Made by a program: the position numbers and the translations under genes. From Glycera tridactyla (taxonomy: Eukaryota), in assembly GCA_965644265.1 (NCBI GenBank), contig OZ286462.1, positions 63,488,001 to 63,552,000 on the forward strand: a stretch of 64,000 bases of DNA, written 5' to 3'. Each line of letters starts with the position of its first letter. The first letter of the stretch is position 1. This document shows, one piece after another, positions 1 through 13,900 of this stretch. A model generated the notes under the pieces. That model did no database searches and was not told where the DNA came from. It worked only from the letters and a program-made list of their open reading frames with translations.

Positions 1-1860
1 TCATTTTATCATGCATGTGTGGCGGTACCAGAGGCATGATGAGTCATATTTCATTGAACCACATGTATATATCCATCATATAAAGATTGTGCCAGATATT
101 ACATGAGAAATATTGATTCATGAGACCTGAAGTTATTTGATAAGAGAGGTGGGTTGTGGTAGTTTCATTTTTGGAATATAATCAAAAAGAAAATTTAGTC
201 ACCAAATTAATTATTGATGTATGGAAAAAATGCGTAATTGGTTTAGGGGAAGGAGTAGCAACGATGCATAACTCGAGAGGGCATTCCTTTTTGCGATATT
301 GATGTTTCGGCGTCGCTAAATGCGACTTATGTGATCTTGTAATTCCGACTAGATGAACATATCTTCCTGCTACACTACCAACGTCTGATTGATTGATTGA
401 TTAAATATTGTTCAAAGTAACAACAGCGCCACTGCTACATTGTGACGTCCATACATTAATCATGGGGGGACTCACTCAAGACTCTTCCTTCTGGAACCCT
501 AACGGAATTTGAAACTTCATGAAAATCACAGATTCCAAATTTGTCCTCTTAAAGGTTGAATATGTAGGGTGTACAAAATGACAAGATTACCTTACATAAT
601 CAACGCTACACCATTCAATATCAACTCACCTGAAAAAGACAGAAGAAAAACATGTATGACGCCAGATATAAAAAAAAACATTTGATCGTTGATAAATTGA
701 GTATCATTTTTCCCGAACACCTGAAATGCCGAGATTCAATGGTTAGGTTAGGTTGAGCTATAACGGTATCCTATAACGGTATCCTAACGGTGAGCTATTA
801 CGCTATATGCCATGTGTTGCTGGTCGATGGGGTCCAGATGCTCTGTTTCACGCAGACATTACGTTCCTCAGACAATGAAAAAAAACTTCGTACGAAACAG
901 AGAAGGTTGTCAATGGGAAGTAGCTGCCGACTCCGACACACCTCTGAGAGAATCAGAGTCAAGGTCAGTTTCATGAAGGCTTCCTATAACTGTATTACTG
1001 TCCAGAAGTGCATCGACGACACTTCTGCCCTTTGAACAGGTGAGATGATATAATAGATAGAAAAAAATCATGGAAAAAAATGAAATGTTAAGGTTTTAGG
1101 TCCATTTTCTGCACTAAATCAGACCACCTGCCAAGGAGGAGCGAAGATGAAGGGTGAAACATTCTGTCATGAAATACATTGATATAGCACAATGTTGATG
1201 TAACTAACTACAAAGTGCAATAGATGGTGCTTACAGTCATTGACGGGGAAGACATGAGAGATGTACATGGAGTACACGATACAGTACATGGAGTATGTGT
1301 CATGGCTTACAACCATTAGTGCTTGCTATTCCCCTGAGCTGTTTGATATATGTTGATGAAAAAATGATCATCACATGTTTCAGAACCGTTCAATTCCTCA
1401 TTCTCTTATAATCGTGCCAGGTTCGAAATGACGTTGAGCCTTACTCACTCAATCAATCAATCAATCGATCAATCCATCAATCGATAAAAAGTTGACACCC
1501 AATAGTTAATTGATAAAATATGATCAGGTTACAATATTGGTTCATGATTTTAACGTGCTCTTCATTTATCTCAGTTATATGCCACTCACATGCCGACACA
1601 TGTGTATTCAGCTCAGGCACTGAGTGCGAACTTTACACATCAGTGCTTCTGGTGAGCATGTTTTGGAAGTGTGAAAGAGGTCAGGTGAAAAGCTGTCAAA
1701 CATGAGCAAACATTCGATTGGCAGATGTGTTCAGCAGACTGGCCCCACTTCAACTTCACCTCCTGTCCTCCACTGCCAATTCATTCAGCTGAGTTAGAGT
1801 TTTGTTTCATGAGCGCTCGAACTCAGTATTGCACCCACGCTGGCGTACACGTAATCACAG

Positions 1861-1866
1861 ACACAT

Positions 1867-1943
<77 letters not shown>
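1861..1943. repeat. (CA)n microsatellite
   Basis: Direct reading. Confidence 0.97.
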
Positions 1944-1945
<2 letters not shown>

Positions 1946-2159
1946 ACCACCGAAATATATATGGGAATGATAGCACATCATGGATTCCCGTATTATTATT
2001 ACGATCTCATATACAATATGTAAGGTGAATAGCTGCTCACTAGTTTTCATACATTGTTTTTGACAGCAGAGACGAAGTGGAAAGTATCATTCATATAAGG
2101 TTGACTATACAAGTATATACGTAATGTCTCCAACAAATTATCCATGTCAATACAGATCC

Positions 2160-2900
2160 AAATGACTTTGAGGACTGGAAGTTCTACTGGGGGCAGTATA
2201 CTTGTGGGAACTCAACCGGCACAAGAGTTTACTAGACAGGTTTGACCTATACAAATGTAGTTGAACTCTTCAAACTGCCACATTGGAATCCCCCACTTTC
2301 TCCTCGCATCCCTTACAATATATCTGATACATAGCTGTAGACCCATAAGTTCATGATCACCCAACCGGAGATTGATCATGGAGCCCTTCATCCTGTCACC
2401 ATGTCCTGATAATCAATGATATCATGGATATGTTATATATCATTCAGATTGTCATTTTTCATCACCTTAGCGGATTTAAAGATGAGGCAGAATATAAAAT
2501 GCATAGTCAAATGAGCTGACTCTGCCTACAAGTGGGCTAAAATGTTGGCATCAATTTTGGAATATGCCGCATATTTCATTTATCAATGTGCTTGGTTTTG
2601 AGGTATCTGGTAATATTTCGTGACTGTGTGGAGTCATATTCACATGTTATTCGGGTCCTTTAACAGACTGATCCCTCGATCGGCCAGTCTGTTGCAAATC
2701 GATATCGCTCAACCCCAGCAATCTCTGCTCTGCATAACAAGCATCTGACTTGAGAATAGGATGAGAATTTTAATGAATGATAAAAGGTCCACATCTGATC
2801 TTTCAGAGCACCAAGGATGTGAACCGCATACCCTGGCTACTCATGCTTGAACCTGTGTGAAGCCTGAATCAACTCCATCGATCCATCTTATTCTCTGGTA
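2160..2900 (-). mobile_element. Possible Penelope-like relic (GIY-YIG region)
   Basis: Minus-strand YITYP..SGHGDR followed by STAMYQIYCKGCEEKVGD resembles Penelope ..PY..G..E.. / VVY.I.C..C...Y.GET. Frameshifts are required. Confidence 0.3.
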
Positions 2901-4478
2901 GCTTCATCTGGCGAAGTTGTGTCAGATGTACATTAGTAATGGTGATTATTTATACTGTCACAATATATGAATGGTTTCACCAAACTTAACAACAATCGAT
3001 CACAGATACTATCATGATATAAAAAAGTTGTCACATATTGTTCTTTCATCCGTGTTCGTGTGTCTGAGAGTTTTTGTGAGTGCGTGTGAGAGAAAGAGTG
3101 TGCATGTGTGTATTTGCGAGTAAGTGCATCTAAATACGCACATCAAGGAAATTATATTCAGCTATGCTCACATGCATCATGCATCAACATCGTAGCTTCC
3201 GACAGACAAGGATGCAAACTACTTTTTATACCAACGAAATTAGCATATGTCATCCCTACGATGTCCTTCGGTTACCTGTGGATATGTACGCTTTCTCAAG
3301 GTAGCAAAATATCCAACCATCCTGAATGAATGCAATTATTTTACATCTTCACAATTTACTTCATCCAATTCGCTGATCACAGTATCATACACTGAACTGG
3401 AAATATGGATCAGTTCAATTTACTGCTCGCGAATAGGAGCATGAAGAATCGCATCATATTATGATCACATCAATAACGATGACAACGGTGAACACTTCTA
3501 GATGAGAGGACGTTTATGTTGAGTGACAGCAGTGATACAAGGCATATCATATTTATCACTACACGAGAAAAGCTTGGAAATCCCCGCATTCATTCCGTAT
3601 CTGGTGTAAGTGAAGAAATATCGAAATACGGAATGTAGAGACAACATATCCCGATCAGTGGTGGCGTTTCTTCGTTGAGGAAGACGGTGGGGCTGCATCC
3701 ATGTTCAAACCTTATAATGCGCTACCCTCTACTTAGTAATCATTGCCAGTGATAGTCATTATCGTTGTGCGTAATTCATTCACTTATATGTCCATTTCTT
3801 GACGTTATCACCCCTGTTAACTGTTATATTTGATCATGTCTTGTTTCATATACTGTTAATGTACAAATTTGTGCTCGATTAGGGGGAGATATATATTCTC
3901 TGAAACCCCCCTTTGAGAGCTTGAATACAATTTCCAAACTTGAACTCAAATCATTCCGATGTCATTTTAGCCGCAATAACGCAGGTGCACTTGGGGTGGT
4001 CTTCGGGAAAGCCATGGTAATCAGAAGCACCTACGCCATTTTTGATTGTGAAATGGACCTGAGATCTGGATTGATCACGGAGACCACCGACATTCCCATG
4101 AACAATACCTGGCTTCAGCAGCCAATAACACTGATTCATCATGCACAGCAACGCCTGCGGCTAATTGAATGAGGACAAAAACCACGACATCTTCAATATG
4201 CCGACATTCATCAACCGCTCGTAAAGAAATATCACATACATCAACTGATGGGTGCGAGACAAAAACGCTGTTAATATCCGTGAAGCAGCGCTAATATCAA
4301 CAGGTCTTGATTTATCTCTAAAACTGCCGAGCCGAATGATTGCAAATATCAATCATGCACCAATAGTAGCTAGGAATATGCCGTGTTAGTCTGAAGGTGA
4401 CATATTTCGGAGGTTTTTCAGTAGCAATTCCCTGATCTTTTGTTTCATATTGTATGAGAGAGGAGGTTGTTGCAGTTA

Positions 4479-4560
4479 TGGTGGTGGTGGTGGTAGTGGT
4501 GGTGGTGGTGGTGGTGGTGGTGGTGGTGGTGGGGGTGGTGGTGGTGGTGGTGGTGGTAGT
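4479..4560. repeat. (GGT)n microsatellite, with a degenerate GGT-rich tail to ~4770
   Basis: Direct reading. Confidence 0.95.
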
Positions 4561-5829
4561 GATAATGCTGCTGGTCGTGTTGTTGGTGCTGATGGTGGTA
4601 TCATGGTGATGAAGGCAGTGGTTTCAGTGGTGGTGGCGATACTGGTAGTGCTTGTAATATTTGTGGTGGTAGGGGCGGGGGTGTGGATAGTGGCGATGAT
4701 GTTAGTTGATATTGAAACCTGTGTCGTTGAGATGCAGAGGGTGAAGGTGGTGAGGTGGTGATATTGATGATCCCAGCAAACAGTACCGGCAGCTGTTACT
4801 CTGTGCATCATACATAATTGGAACAACATCATCAATTTTCTGTTATCCGAAATCAAAAATTAATCACCGGATCTCTCAACGGCAAAGGTACGGTATCAAT
4901 GTCCATCAGCTTGAATATTGATGATGGAACCACTGTATGCACAGGAAGAACTGTTCTCAATGTCGTCCCCGTTTTCTACCCAATCACGAGCTGCGGGAAC
5001 CTAATGAATACGAGTTATGTATACAGACAGTGGCTGAGAGTAATTTTACAAACAATTGTAATTGACAAAAGATCATAGTCTTGGGCTTGCCCCGTGTTTA
5101 TTGGGTGTGTCAGCAACCTGCCTGCGGTATCATATGCTACCCGGAGGCTGCGGTGAAGGGCAGATCCTGCTGCAATGGCAGAACAAATAATGGACACCGG
5201 TGGAAGTTGGCAGATGGACGCAGGCTACTCGGGCCATGCATAACGCATCAGTACATGCAGCTTCTGTATTCAATTATCAGGTGGTTGTCAGACAACAAGA
5301 CTGCTGGCCAGATCAACACACCATGCCTATCTATGCCAAACATGACCTGCTCTCAGAGGAAGACAAACTCAATATTATGACGAAGGGTCACTGCCTGGAA
5401 ATATCTTTCTGGTTGATTACCTCGCTGATTGGTTCTTGGTTGGTTTGGTTTGACTGTAATCAAACGAAATACATCAACCTGAAATATTGTGTATGCAGCG
5501 TGTTCCTGATTTGTTGTTTGGTTGGTTGGGGCTCAATATTGTTCATAAAACCGAAGGTTTATGTATGGTGTACTCCTGTTATACTCCCAGATATAATTCT
5601 TTACTGAAAAGTAACTACTTCGATATTTGTTTAGCTGGTCACTTGCTTAGTTGATTGAGTTGGTCCGGTCCAACAGTACGTCTCAACCCGAAGTTACGCT
5701 GCATCCATGAAAGTTTCACGGTTCGTTCCCTGTATCTCGCTGATCATATCACTGATTGGTTTGTTTTGGGTTGGTTGCCTGGTTGGTTGATGATTTGATT
5801 GGTTGGATGGTTCGTTGGTTGGTTGTATG

Positions 5830-8050
5830 TCATGTGTTCCTGACCCACGGTACCTGCATGCTCCGATCCTGATAGGTGACTGAGTGGAACCACTGTACTC
5901 CCCCACTCCACTTCATCCAGATGTGAATGGGTACTCGGCATATAGGCAGTGATGGCTATCGTAGAGTGCTTAGCCCATGTAGGTAATTTTGTGTCCGTTG
6001 TTTACTCCCCGGGAGATGGGAAAGGCGCAAGCTTGCACAGACCTGCCAAGGAATGTATTTGTAAAGTCAGGTGAGCTTGCTGAGGATACCAGACTGTGAA
6101 CCACTATATTTACATTGGATGGAGGCTATACAAGCAAAGGTTTGGTGATGAGCCTGATAGACCAGTAAGGACAGCAATAGAAACCATAGAGGACAGAGTG
6201 AAAATAAGTGTTGCAACTTAGCACTATACTGAATGGCTTGCGCATACTACGCAGTTTGGGGAAAACTAATGAGTAACGGCAAAACTTGGTTTGTGGACAT
6301 TAATCATGTAGATGGAGGTGTCGCTAGGCTGCACATGTATCCTCCATTGGTCGGCCTTGCGTGGCTCCGGTAACAAAGCGCGAATTGACCTATTATACAA
6401 CGTGGCGCCGCTTCAACAAGTAGCAGGGCGCTATGCTGCCTCCCGTGTTTATCTGAATAATATCGATATGCCGAGGTGTTGTTGATCGACAATATTTGGT
6501 CTGGTGTGCGTGTGAATATTCTGATAGGAGCCTGTACTCTCCGCACAGAACACGATTTCACAGAAGACTTGAGAGTCCTCGGCATACATCAAATTAAAGA
6601 AAAGACATCCACTGTGAATGTAGTGAAATGGACCAGAAACTGATCAATGCTGGTATTGTTTACACTTGGCAGCTGATGTTGATACACCTATTGTGATTTG
6701 TTTGATATCACTTAGACCTCATCTCAGGACGACTATGGCTGCAACACTTGAATTGTCTGACAGTTAGCTGGCATTGGGAAGTAGGATCTGTCATTCGTGC
6801 CAACGGAAGTCTTCACATAGACCTCCACATCCGATTCTTAAATGTCCCTCTACCATGCAAATGTCAAGTAAGCTGACTGTCAGCCAAGCGGATTAGTAAG
6901 CAGTAATACTGACTATAATCCAACTCTCTTGTATTGATTTCACATTCATATGATGCCTGGTTTACTTCGGAATGTTCCCACGACGTCGGTAAACCTGATA
7001 CGTAGTGATCTGAATGCAAAGGGAATCGAGTGATCACATCGAATGGCCATAATGTTCGTATTACTGGCGTGCCTACATCGAACGCCCATAATGTTCGTAT
7101 TACTGGTGGGCCTCTAACACAATGTGCATCATAATTATGAAGTAAGTCCGAATTCGAGCTTCGGAACATTTACAGGAAACAGATCTCTGAATACTCCACC
7201 GATTTCATGACATGTTCGAAGGAACCACAAATCATAACGAGCAGCATATTCGACTACAATCCGATTTAAAGTATGATATTGGATGTCAACAATAACTCAG
7301 AACTGACGACTGCGTTTGGTTCAGAACTAGACAGAATCAAACATGAATTAATAACCGAATAGCCGAGGATAGCAACAGCAGGATTTTAGAACCAATATTC
7401 AGTCTTTGTAGGTGTTGCGAATCACAGCTCTTAAGATTCCATCCATCCGTATCTTCATGGTAACACTTCTGCACATCATCTAAATCAACATGACATGTGG
7501 ACTCCCGCAAGCATCGAGTATGATTTTCAAATAGTTTCTTTTGGCGGCGGTCGGTGCATCTCATATGTACTTGATCCTGAAAACTACGAACTTCACAAAA
7601 CAGGTTTTGGCATTTGCACAAAGAAATGAGTCGGCCACATCAAACTCTGTATCAATCATAATCTGTATCAATCATACAAATATCTTTTTAAGATCACTGA
7701 TATGACAGGCGTTCCACTTGTACAGGAGAAGGGAGAATTAGGTGCATTCACTCTGCTTCTCAATTGAGCAGCAGGGGCAAGGCTTGCACCCTTACACGGA
7801 TCAATGAGATCCGCATTCCTCACCAAAGGGCTACCGCCTCGTTGAATAAGAGTGTGGGACCTTTGTACTTTACCATTTACTTCTCCGAGGGGTATATTGG
7901 TACATGGCTATAGACATGGATGGTTGTCATAGAGTACCCAGCCAATACATGTAATTCAGTGGGAGTTATTGATAGTATGCCCCCGAACGAGATAAGAACA
8001 GGCCTACCAGGGAAATGTAATTGTATATCCGGAAGAACTACAGTGATGAA
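5830..8050 (-). mobile_element. Heavily decayed YR retrotransposon (Ngaro-like) relic: RT, RNase H and YR remnants
   Basis: Minus-strand remnants in the expected order: CHVDLDDV..LQRLNIGSK (YLDD region, ~7400-7500), IGCGGLC (RNase H, ~6800), AYRYYSDKH..GQFALCY..GYMCSL (YR N-terminus, 6300-6500), LPICRV, and EYSGSTQSPIRIGA (H-x-x-R box remnant, ~5860-5905). Many stops and frameshifts. Confidence 0.5.
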
Positions 8051-8299
8051 AAACTACTGCTGGTCACTAAATTCACATTAATATCTATGGACATACAAGG
8101 AGGCCTGATGTTGCTCAGTTGATGTAATGCTTATTTTTTTCTCCTATAGTCTCATCAAAGACCCTTTTCTATCCAACAACCTTCCAGATATCCATACACA
8201 GTGGCTGCGAGTTAGATGAAGTCTGTTTGTCAACAGGACAATACAATACTTCCCTCAACAAAGTGATAGGTTCATATCACCTCAGAGTAGCACCATCTT

Positions 8300-9700
8300 T
8301 GAAATAGCAGAAATATTTTGCTAATAGGGGAAGTGGTCTGTTGAGTTTGATAAACATTCATTCATTAATGGAGGATAACGGTAGAGCAAAGTAAACGGCG
8401 CCCAGTGGGAGAATGTGTTTTTGTGGCTATATGTTTTATGCGCCGATAGAGCATCATCGTTCATGTCCAGGATCATAACAGTAGCTAGTTTGTACAGCCC
8501 ACCATGCATGCACATATATGCAAAGCACTCGCCATCACTGCATATAGAGCAGGGCTTGGAATTTCCCCTCTCAGCTAATCATCTCTACCGACACACCCAT
8601 GATTTTAGAAATTTCACGTTGATATCACAACCTGTTATGACCATATAAAGTATTGATACTGCCTCGATTAGAAGTGGTAAGGTGAAACGTGGTTCAATTC
8701 GGATTAAAGCACATGGGAATGAACACGTATAATTCCAATATTCAATCCCGAAGCTCTTTTACGACCCGCCGTAAAGCATTACCAATCATCAATTTCGACG
8801 CGTCATCACGTCATGCTAACACTTCAACTGACCCTGTAACGTTTGTACATGCATGCATATGTTCACTTAATGCACATATTCATGTGTATCGACCAAGAGG
8901 TGATGCAAGTCAGAACAGTAATTGCAGGAGCCGATTGAGATAGATGCATAACTCCAGATACACCAACATCCAACTTTATTTGAATGCACTAGACGGATCG
9001 AATAAGTGATAGTTCCATAACGATCTATGATTCCAAAATATTGGAAGCACACCGAATATCAGACTCCCAGATAATCAATAAAAAAAATTGCAAATTCAGT
9101 GTACTGTCAAATCTTTCTCAATAAATCACCTCTGGGGAGGCCAAAAGCATCTTCTTAGTACAATTGAATTATAGTGGTAGAATTTCCAGTTTGAAATCTG
9201 AAAGTGAATGCCTGAATTATACTGTGCATATGAAAGACGTTTCTTTGATTGAATTGGCGCCATCTACAAATTTGGGCCGATTTCTCCCTATTATTGTGAA
9301 GACGCTATTGGTTCCTGTTGATTCCTCTCATTTAGTAACAACAATTTTTTTTCAGCTTCCCGGACGCAGAATTATCCATGATCTACTATGGTCTGAACAT
9401 TTCTCATATAAACGAAATCAGCCAAGCGCCAGTCTCTCAAATTCATTTGTAACGGATACATTTTTGGTCTCATGTGTGCAATCCAGATTTGGACAAAATG
9501 ATTTACTAATCACCCATGTTGATATATTACGACTAGTAATGTTATGGGCTGTATATCTCGTCCCAATCGAGCGATATGTCGATTTCTCGCTATATCTGAA
9601 GACCAGGTGGTGGTCGCATTTCCAGCGTTTCATATACATACATCAATCGAACAATTCAGAAGATTCTTCATATAAATTTAGACTATTCAAGATGAATCCT
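8300..9700 (-). mobile_element. Decayed L2/CR1-type LINE ORF2 relic (endonuclease C-half to RT N-terminus)
   Basis: Minus-strand RPPPG..YINMGD (YRPP/GDFN-like), SAPAITVL and KLATVMILDM..H (RT motif-like), broken by many stops. Confidence 0.4.
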
Positions 9701-10299
9701 CTTTGAAGGATCACGGAGTATCTGGTATAGGGTCCGATGATCACCAGAAGTGCTACAAGACCCAATACCAACATCGAAAGTCAGCCGAGTGACATATAGG
9801 TGCCTTGAGAGTGAAACATCTTTGATTGGCCAGACTATAGCTAGTCTATGGTGGCAGAGAAAGCTTGCTATTTGTGGTGATCTAGTACAGTGGTAGGATG
9901 AGCCCTGTGATGCCTCAAGGTTATCGATCTCCTAATGGGGTGATGGCAGTTGAGCGGAAATGTTTGTCTGTACTCGCTGGACATATGTCTTTACCTGACC
10001 TGCCCCCTTCTCCAGCCCTAATATTGATGGCAGCAATCTTCTCCTATGGAATGGATGCATCTCGGCCAAACCAGAAGACAGTGAATACACTCTTTCCTTT
10101 GCACATCATCCAAAAATAGTGGGGAGGAGGTTAGAAAATATAATGTGAAACAGCCTAAAATCAGATTATTTCCAAGGATGTAATTTGTACATTCCAATAG
10201 TATATCTTGAGAAATAGTCTCAGTCTCTGATGGCACTTATATAAAGGCAGCCGGAGGGTGCCGAGTTCAAGCAGCATTGCACTCTGACCGTTGAGTCAC

Positions 10300-11300
10300 T
10301 CATGTGTGTTTCCATTATCTTTCTCTATGCATGGATCCAGCAATTTTGAGAATTATGGAGCTGGTTGATCACATCAACTTCAACGAAGTAAAAAGTACTT
10401 CCATCAAACTGAGCAAAGAGCATGTTTCCCATGCTCTTTCTCTTTTTTTTGGACCACGGCCTTCCATTTCCGATGCTCTGGTGAAATGCTCTGGTGACTC
10501 CTAGTTTGACGTGATTCACCAAGTGAAAGAGGGATCTATTTTGGGAGAAGCAGGACAGATTTGCTACATTCACAAGTCCACATGAAAAGTTTTGAATAGA
10601 AACTTTAGGTTCGGGATTTTGAGTGATCCTTCACTGATCAAATGAGGTCGAAGCTACTCTTAGTAATTTCATGAACAATTGAAAAACTTTGCATTCAATT
10701 CAATCCAATACGTTTGAGTCCTCTTAATGGCTCACATCTCATTTGGAGCAAGACGTATGAGCACTGTGAATTGTGCTAAAATTAAACATCCAATAATTGC
10801 CTTTGATGATACTTTGATCTCCGTCTTATTCGCCCGAGGCAGTGTTTCTGTATTTGTACTGCCTGCCTCTCAACGTGTGATGTGGGGCTTGGCAGACTGA
10901 TCCGACATCAAACAAGTCACCGCCTGTGCCAGGATTAGCCCTAGATTACCAGTCACTATTAATAGATCTCTCATGTCTTTCTGAAGTTCACTGTCATCCG
11001 CTGGCGTGAACACCTGCTCACCTTCTCATGCATATGTGGTCGTCTAGAAAAGTCCTCCAAAACCAATGTGCATGGGACATCTACTTTGAGGTTCTACCAT
11101 CAGGGATGATGTGACCTAGATATAGCATCCGCCTTTGTCGTCTTGTCGAAGCCTTCAGCTATAGTAAATAAGAGAAAATATACTTCCAAAATGCTCAATG
11201 ATTTGTCTTCTGGCCTCTTGTACCAAAATTATACCATCATCGATCCTTTAATCCATCCCTCTCAGTTCTTGTTTGCATCTTCTGTGGAACTGTCTCCCAT
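10300..11300 (-). mobile_element. Decayed CR1-type LINE ORF2 C-terminal relic
   Basis: Minus-strand RQIIEHFGSIFS, PADDSELQKDMRDL and LGRIRRRSKY..SQCSYV resemble conserved CR1 ORF2 blocks, in shifting frames. Confidence 0.4.
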
Positions 11301-11732
11301 GTAAGAAGCTGATGCTCTGTCCTTAACGTTGGTGTCATCATACACAATAGTTTGACTAGGTCAACAGAAAATTGTGATGAGATTGCACAGCAAGTGTGGA
11401 TTTGTCAAACATCCATGGTGAGTTGCACACACGTGTACATTCCTTATTTATTGATCTAAAATTTGGTTGTTTTAGTTTTCATGAGTACTACCTTGGTTGT
11501 ATTGAAACACAAATCTATGTATCAATATGATCATTTATAATTCCTCCTCATTGGCCATAAAGAAAAAGGAATGCGCAAAGGTGATAAATTCCATGAAGAG
11601 TTCTGCATGCTGAATCCCCTGAGGTATTCGCCCAGAGTTTCCCGAAATGGCTGTATCCTAGGATCACTCGGAACGCGAATGTCACTGCCTCATATGATAG
11701 GGATGAATGAGATCATCTGCTGAGAATGAGGA

Positions 11733-11959
11733 GTTTGTTTGTTTGTTTGAGTTTAACGTCACTTAAATCCACTATGGTTATATCGGACTGAAAAAACTGA
11801 AAATTCTGAAGAAAAGAGTCACTGCCTGCCGGGGGCCGTCTTTACTCTTTGCAAAAGACAGCAATGGATCTTTAACGTGCGTAAAGTAAAAGGCTCATAA
11901 ATACACGGCCAGCCTTTGATATCCCAGTCGGCATACACTGGGTTGGGAATGAGGTGCCC
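11733..11959 (-). mobile_element. 5'-truncated SINE with a Nin/Deu-like central domain and (CAAA)n tail
   Basis: Minus strand reads GCACGTTAAAGATCCATTGCTGTCTTTTGCAAAGAGTAAAGACGGCCCCCGG, resembling the Deu/Nin core (TTAAAGATCCC..CTTTTCGTAAGAGTAGGG..CCCCGG as I recall it). It ends GACGTTAAACTCAAACAAACAAACAAAC. Confidence 0.55.
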
Positions 11960-12279
11960 AATATCTGTATATCGCATGTCGGGCAGTCAATATGAATGTT
12001 ACATGCATGATAGATGTTGCATTTGAAGAGAATCAAAACTGGTATGAACATTTATATTGAACAAGCAGGTTTAGAACAGCAATACTTTAGGTCATTGTTC
12101 GGCAGCTAAGTTCAGCCCCACGAGTATTGGTACACCCGATCATCTTTTCAATTCCTGGGAGACCAAATATTGAATCTTGAATAGAGGATGCCCGAGTTAG
12201 AATATGTGATCTTTGTTGTGATGCATATGTTTTTTTCGTTTGTGTATAGGATATGTCAGTACAAACAAACATGTAAACA

Positions 12280-13900
12280 GGAGCAAGCGAGGTCGATCGT
12301 TGACATGATGTGGCGTCGTTTCACTGAGGAGTAAATGTCACAGGATCAAAGACATGAACCTGCTGTGATTTTGTGACATGATCATAGCCGTGCAAGAGCA
12401 CTAACGCTTTTAGCCTTCGACGAAACGAGACTCGACTATTTGAATGCAGCTGCTGCAGCAGATAAGCCTCCAGCAATGAGCAGACTTCCGTGATTCCCTA
12501 CATAAACTGCATTAAAGAAATCAGGTCAGATTTCTATCACAGAATGTACAATGTCTAGACCATCGTACGAAGGATGGGCAGCCAATCTATCAATGACATA
12601 GGGCCCGAAAGCGGAGCATCGAGCCAAATTCGAGATAGAAATGAGAATAGATTGAGAGCGAAAGCCATACGAAAAGAGCTCCTGAGATGTCAAATATGTG
12701 CGTGGAACCAGCCCTTCTTCCGAAGAATCTGCTCACTTTGCATCAAATAACTTTTATGCACGGAATCCTGGTATGTTGTGATGGATATCGAAAGAGCCGT
12801 TAGTACGTGGACTCATTCACTTAGCGAAGGGCGTCACCCAAGGGCCACCACAGTGCAAGGGCGCTCTTCACTAACATATCCAGCTACTGTTGATATTCTA
12901 CAATTTACACCTAGATTACCCGAGGAACTGTGAGCATCTTTCAGATTGCGGAATGTGTATACATCAGTGAAATGGACCTCCATGGTGTTCCGCGCACAGC
13001 GGCATCGCCGTTATCCATTTGATGATAACATGCCTGTGATATACTTATAGCAATGGTTAGACTACCAGCTTCCTGTGCTTAGCGCAATCGATAACAGGAT
13101 CGATGTTAACCAACCTATCCCCAAATCCAGGTAAATTTACTCAAAGGTTGTCACTCAATTTTAGTGAACTCCGGCCAGTGACCACCTCTCATCGGCATCA
13201 GAGTATTACGTCACTAAAGACAGCCGACGCGCTGCAGATGTGTAAGACCACTTCTATGATGTGAGAATGATTCAACTCTACCATTACCAAATGACCAGAT
13301 GGTTGATTAACTGACTCAACACCGAAGCATCCCCTATAGTACTTATTTGACGACCATGCAATGGACCTGAGATAAATCAGACTGGATATCTTTTTTCTGA
13401 GATCTCCGCAATGTTGGTGAGCTGCTGCCATCGGCCCCATTCTTATTTTCCGGGCCTACGGATATTCCCTACTCTGGATGAGCATCATTACGTCCCGTGG
13501 TTTTTCCATTTCGTGGGACTAAACAAGTCAGGTATAGCAAAGGTTTGCTTTCTTTTTTGCCCTCTGCCCAAAGTAGGATTGTATGAACATATGCAATGAT
13601 GAATATCTATTGGATGATCACTGTTCATTTGTACATTTCTCTCCTTCATGTAGTTAAATTTTACATTAGTCGAGAGGCATGTTTGTGTGATATTGGAAAC
13701 CTAATGAAACGTATACAGGACCGATGCATCATGAGAGAATAATTCGATATTTGGTTGGCTGCCATGCCAAATGGCGTTGATTCCTGCCCAATAGACGAGA
13801 ACAAATGGCGCGGAGTTACAATTGACGACAGTCCAAGCACCAGCAACATAAATAATATAACCAAGAGATAAAGTGACTGACAGGTGATATATTCCACAGG
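12280..13900 (-). mobile_element. Heavily decayed DIRS-like YR retrotransposon relic
   Basis: Minus-strand remnants: TPFGMAANQIS (RT LPFG motif, ~13750), RGCFGVESVNQPSGHL..SHIIEVVL (RNase H, ~13250-13340), possible MT remnant ALALWWP (~12850), and CSLLEAYL..FDPVTFTPQ*NDATS (YR, ~12310-12480). Confidence 0.42.

Noticed and set aside
741-754. GGTTAGGTTAGGTT as a telomeric (TTAGG)n repeat
   Set aside because: Fewer than three copies; not distinguishable from chance.
758-795. CTATAACGGTATCCTAACGGT, resembling the 23S rRNA / I-CeuI site motif
   Set aside because: It is a short local triplication of TAACGGTATCC, with no surrounding rRNA sequence.
7037-7106. 39-bp duplication containing ATAATGTTCGTATTA, reminiscent of a loxP half-site
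   Set aside because: The copies are direct rather than inverted, and the match is imperfect. A simple tandem duplication inside a decayed element explains it.
9164-9706. 180-aa plus-strand ORF
   Set aside because: No recognisable domain. It lies opposite minus-strand LINE endonuclease remnants and is probably a shadow.
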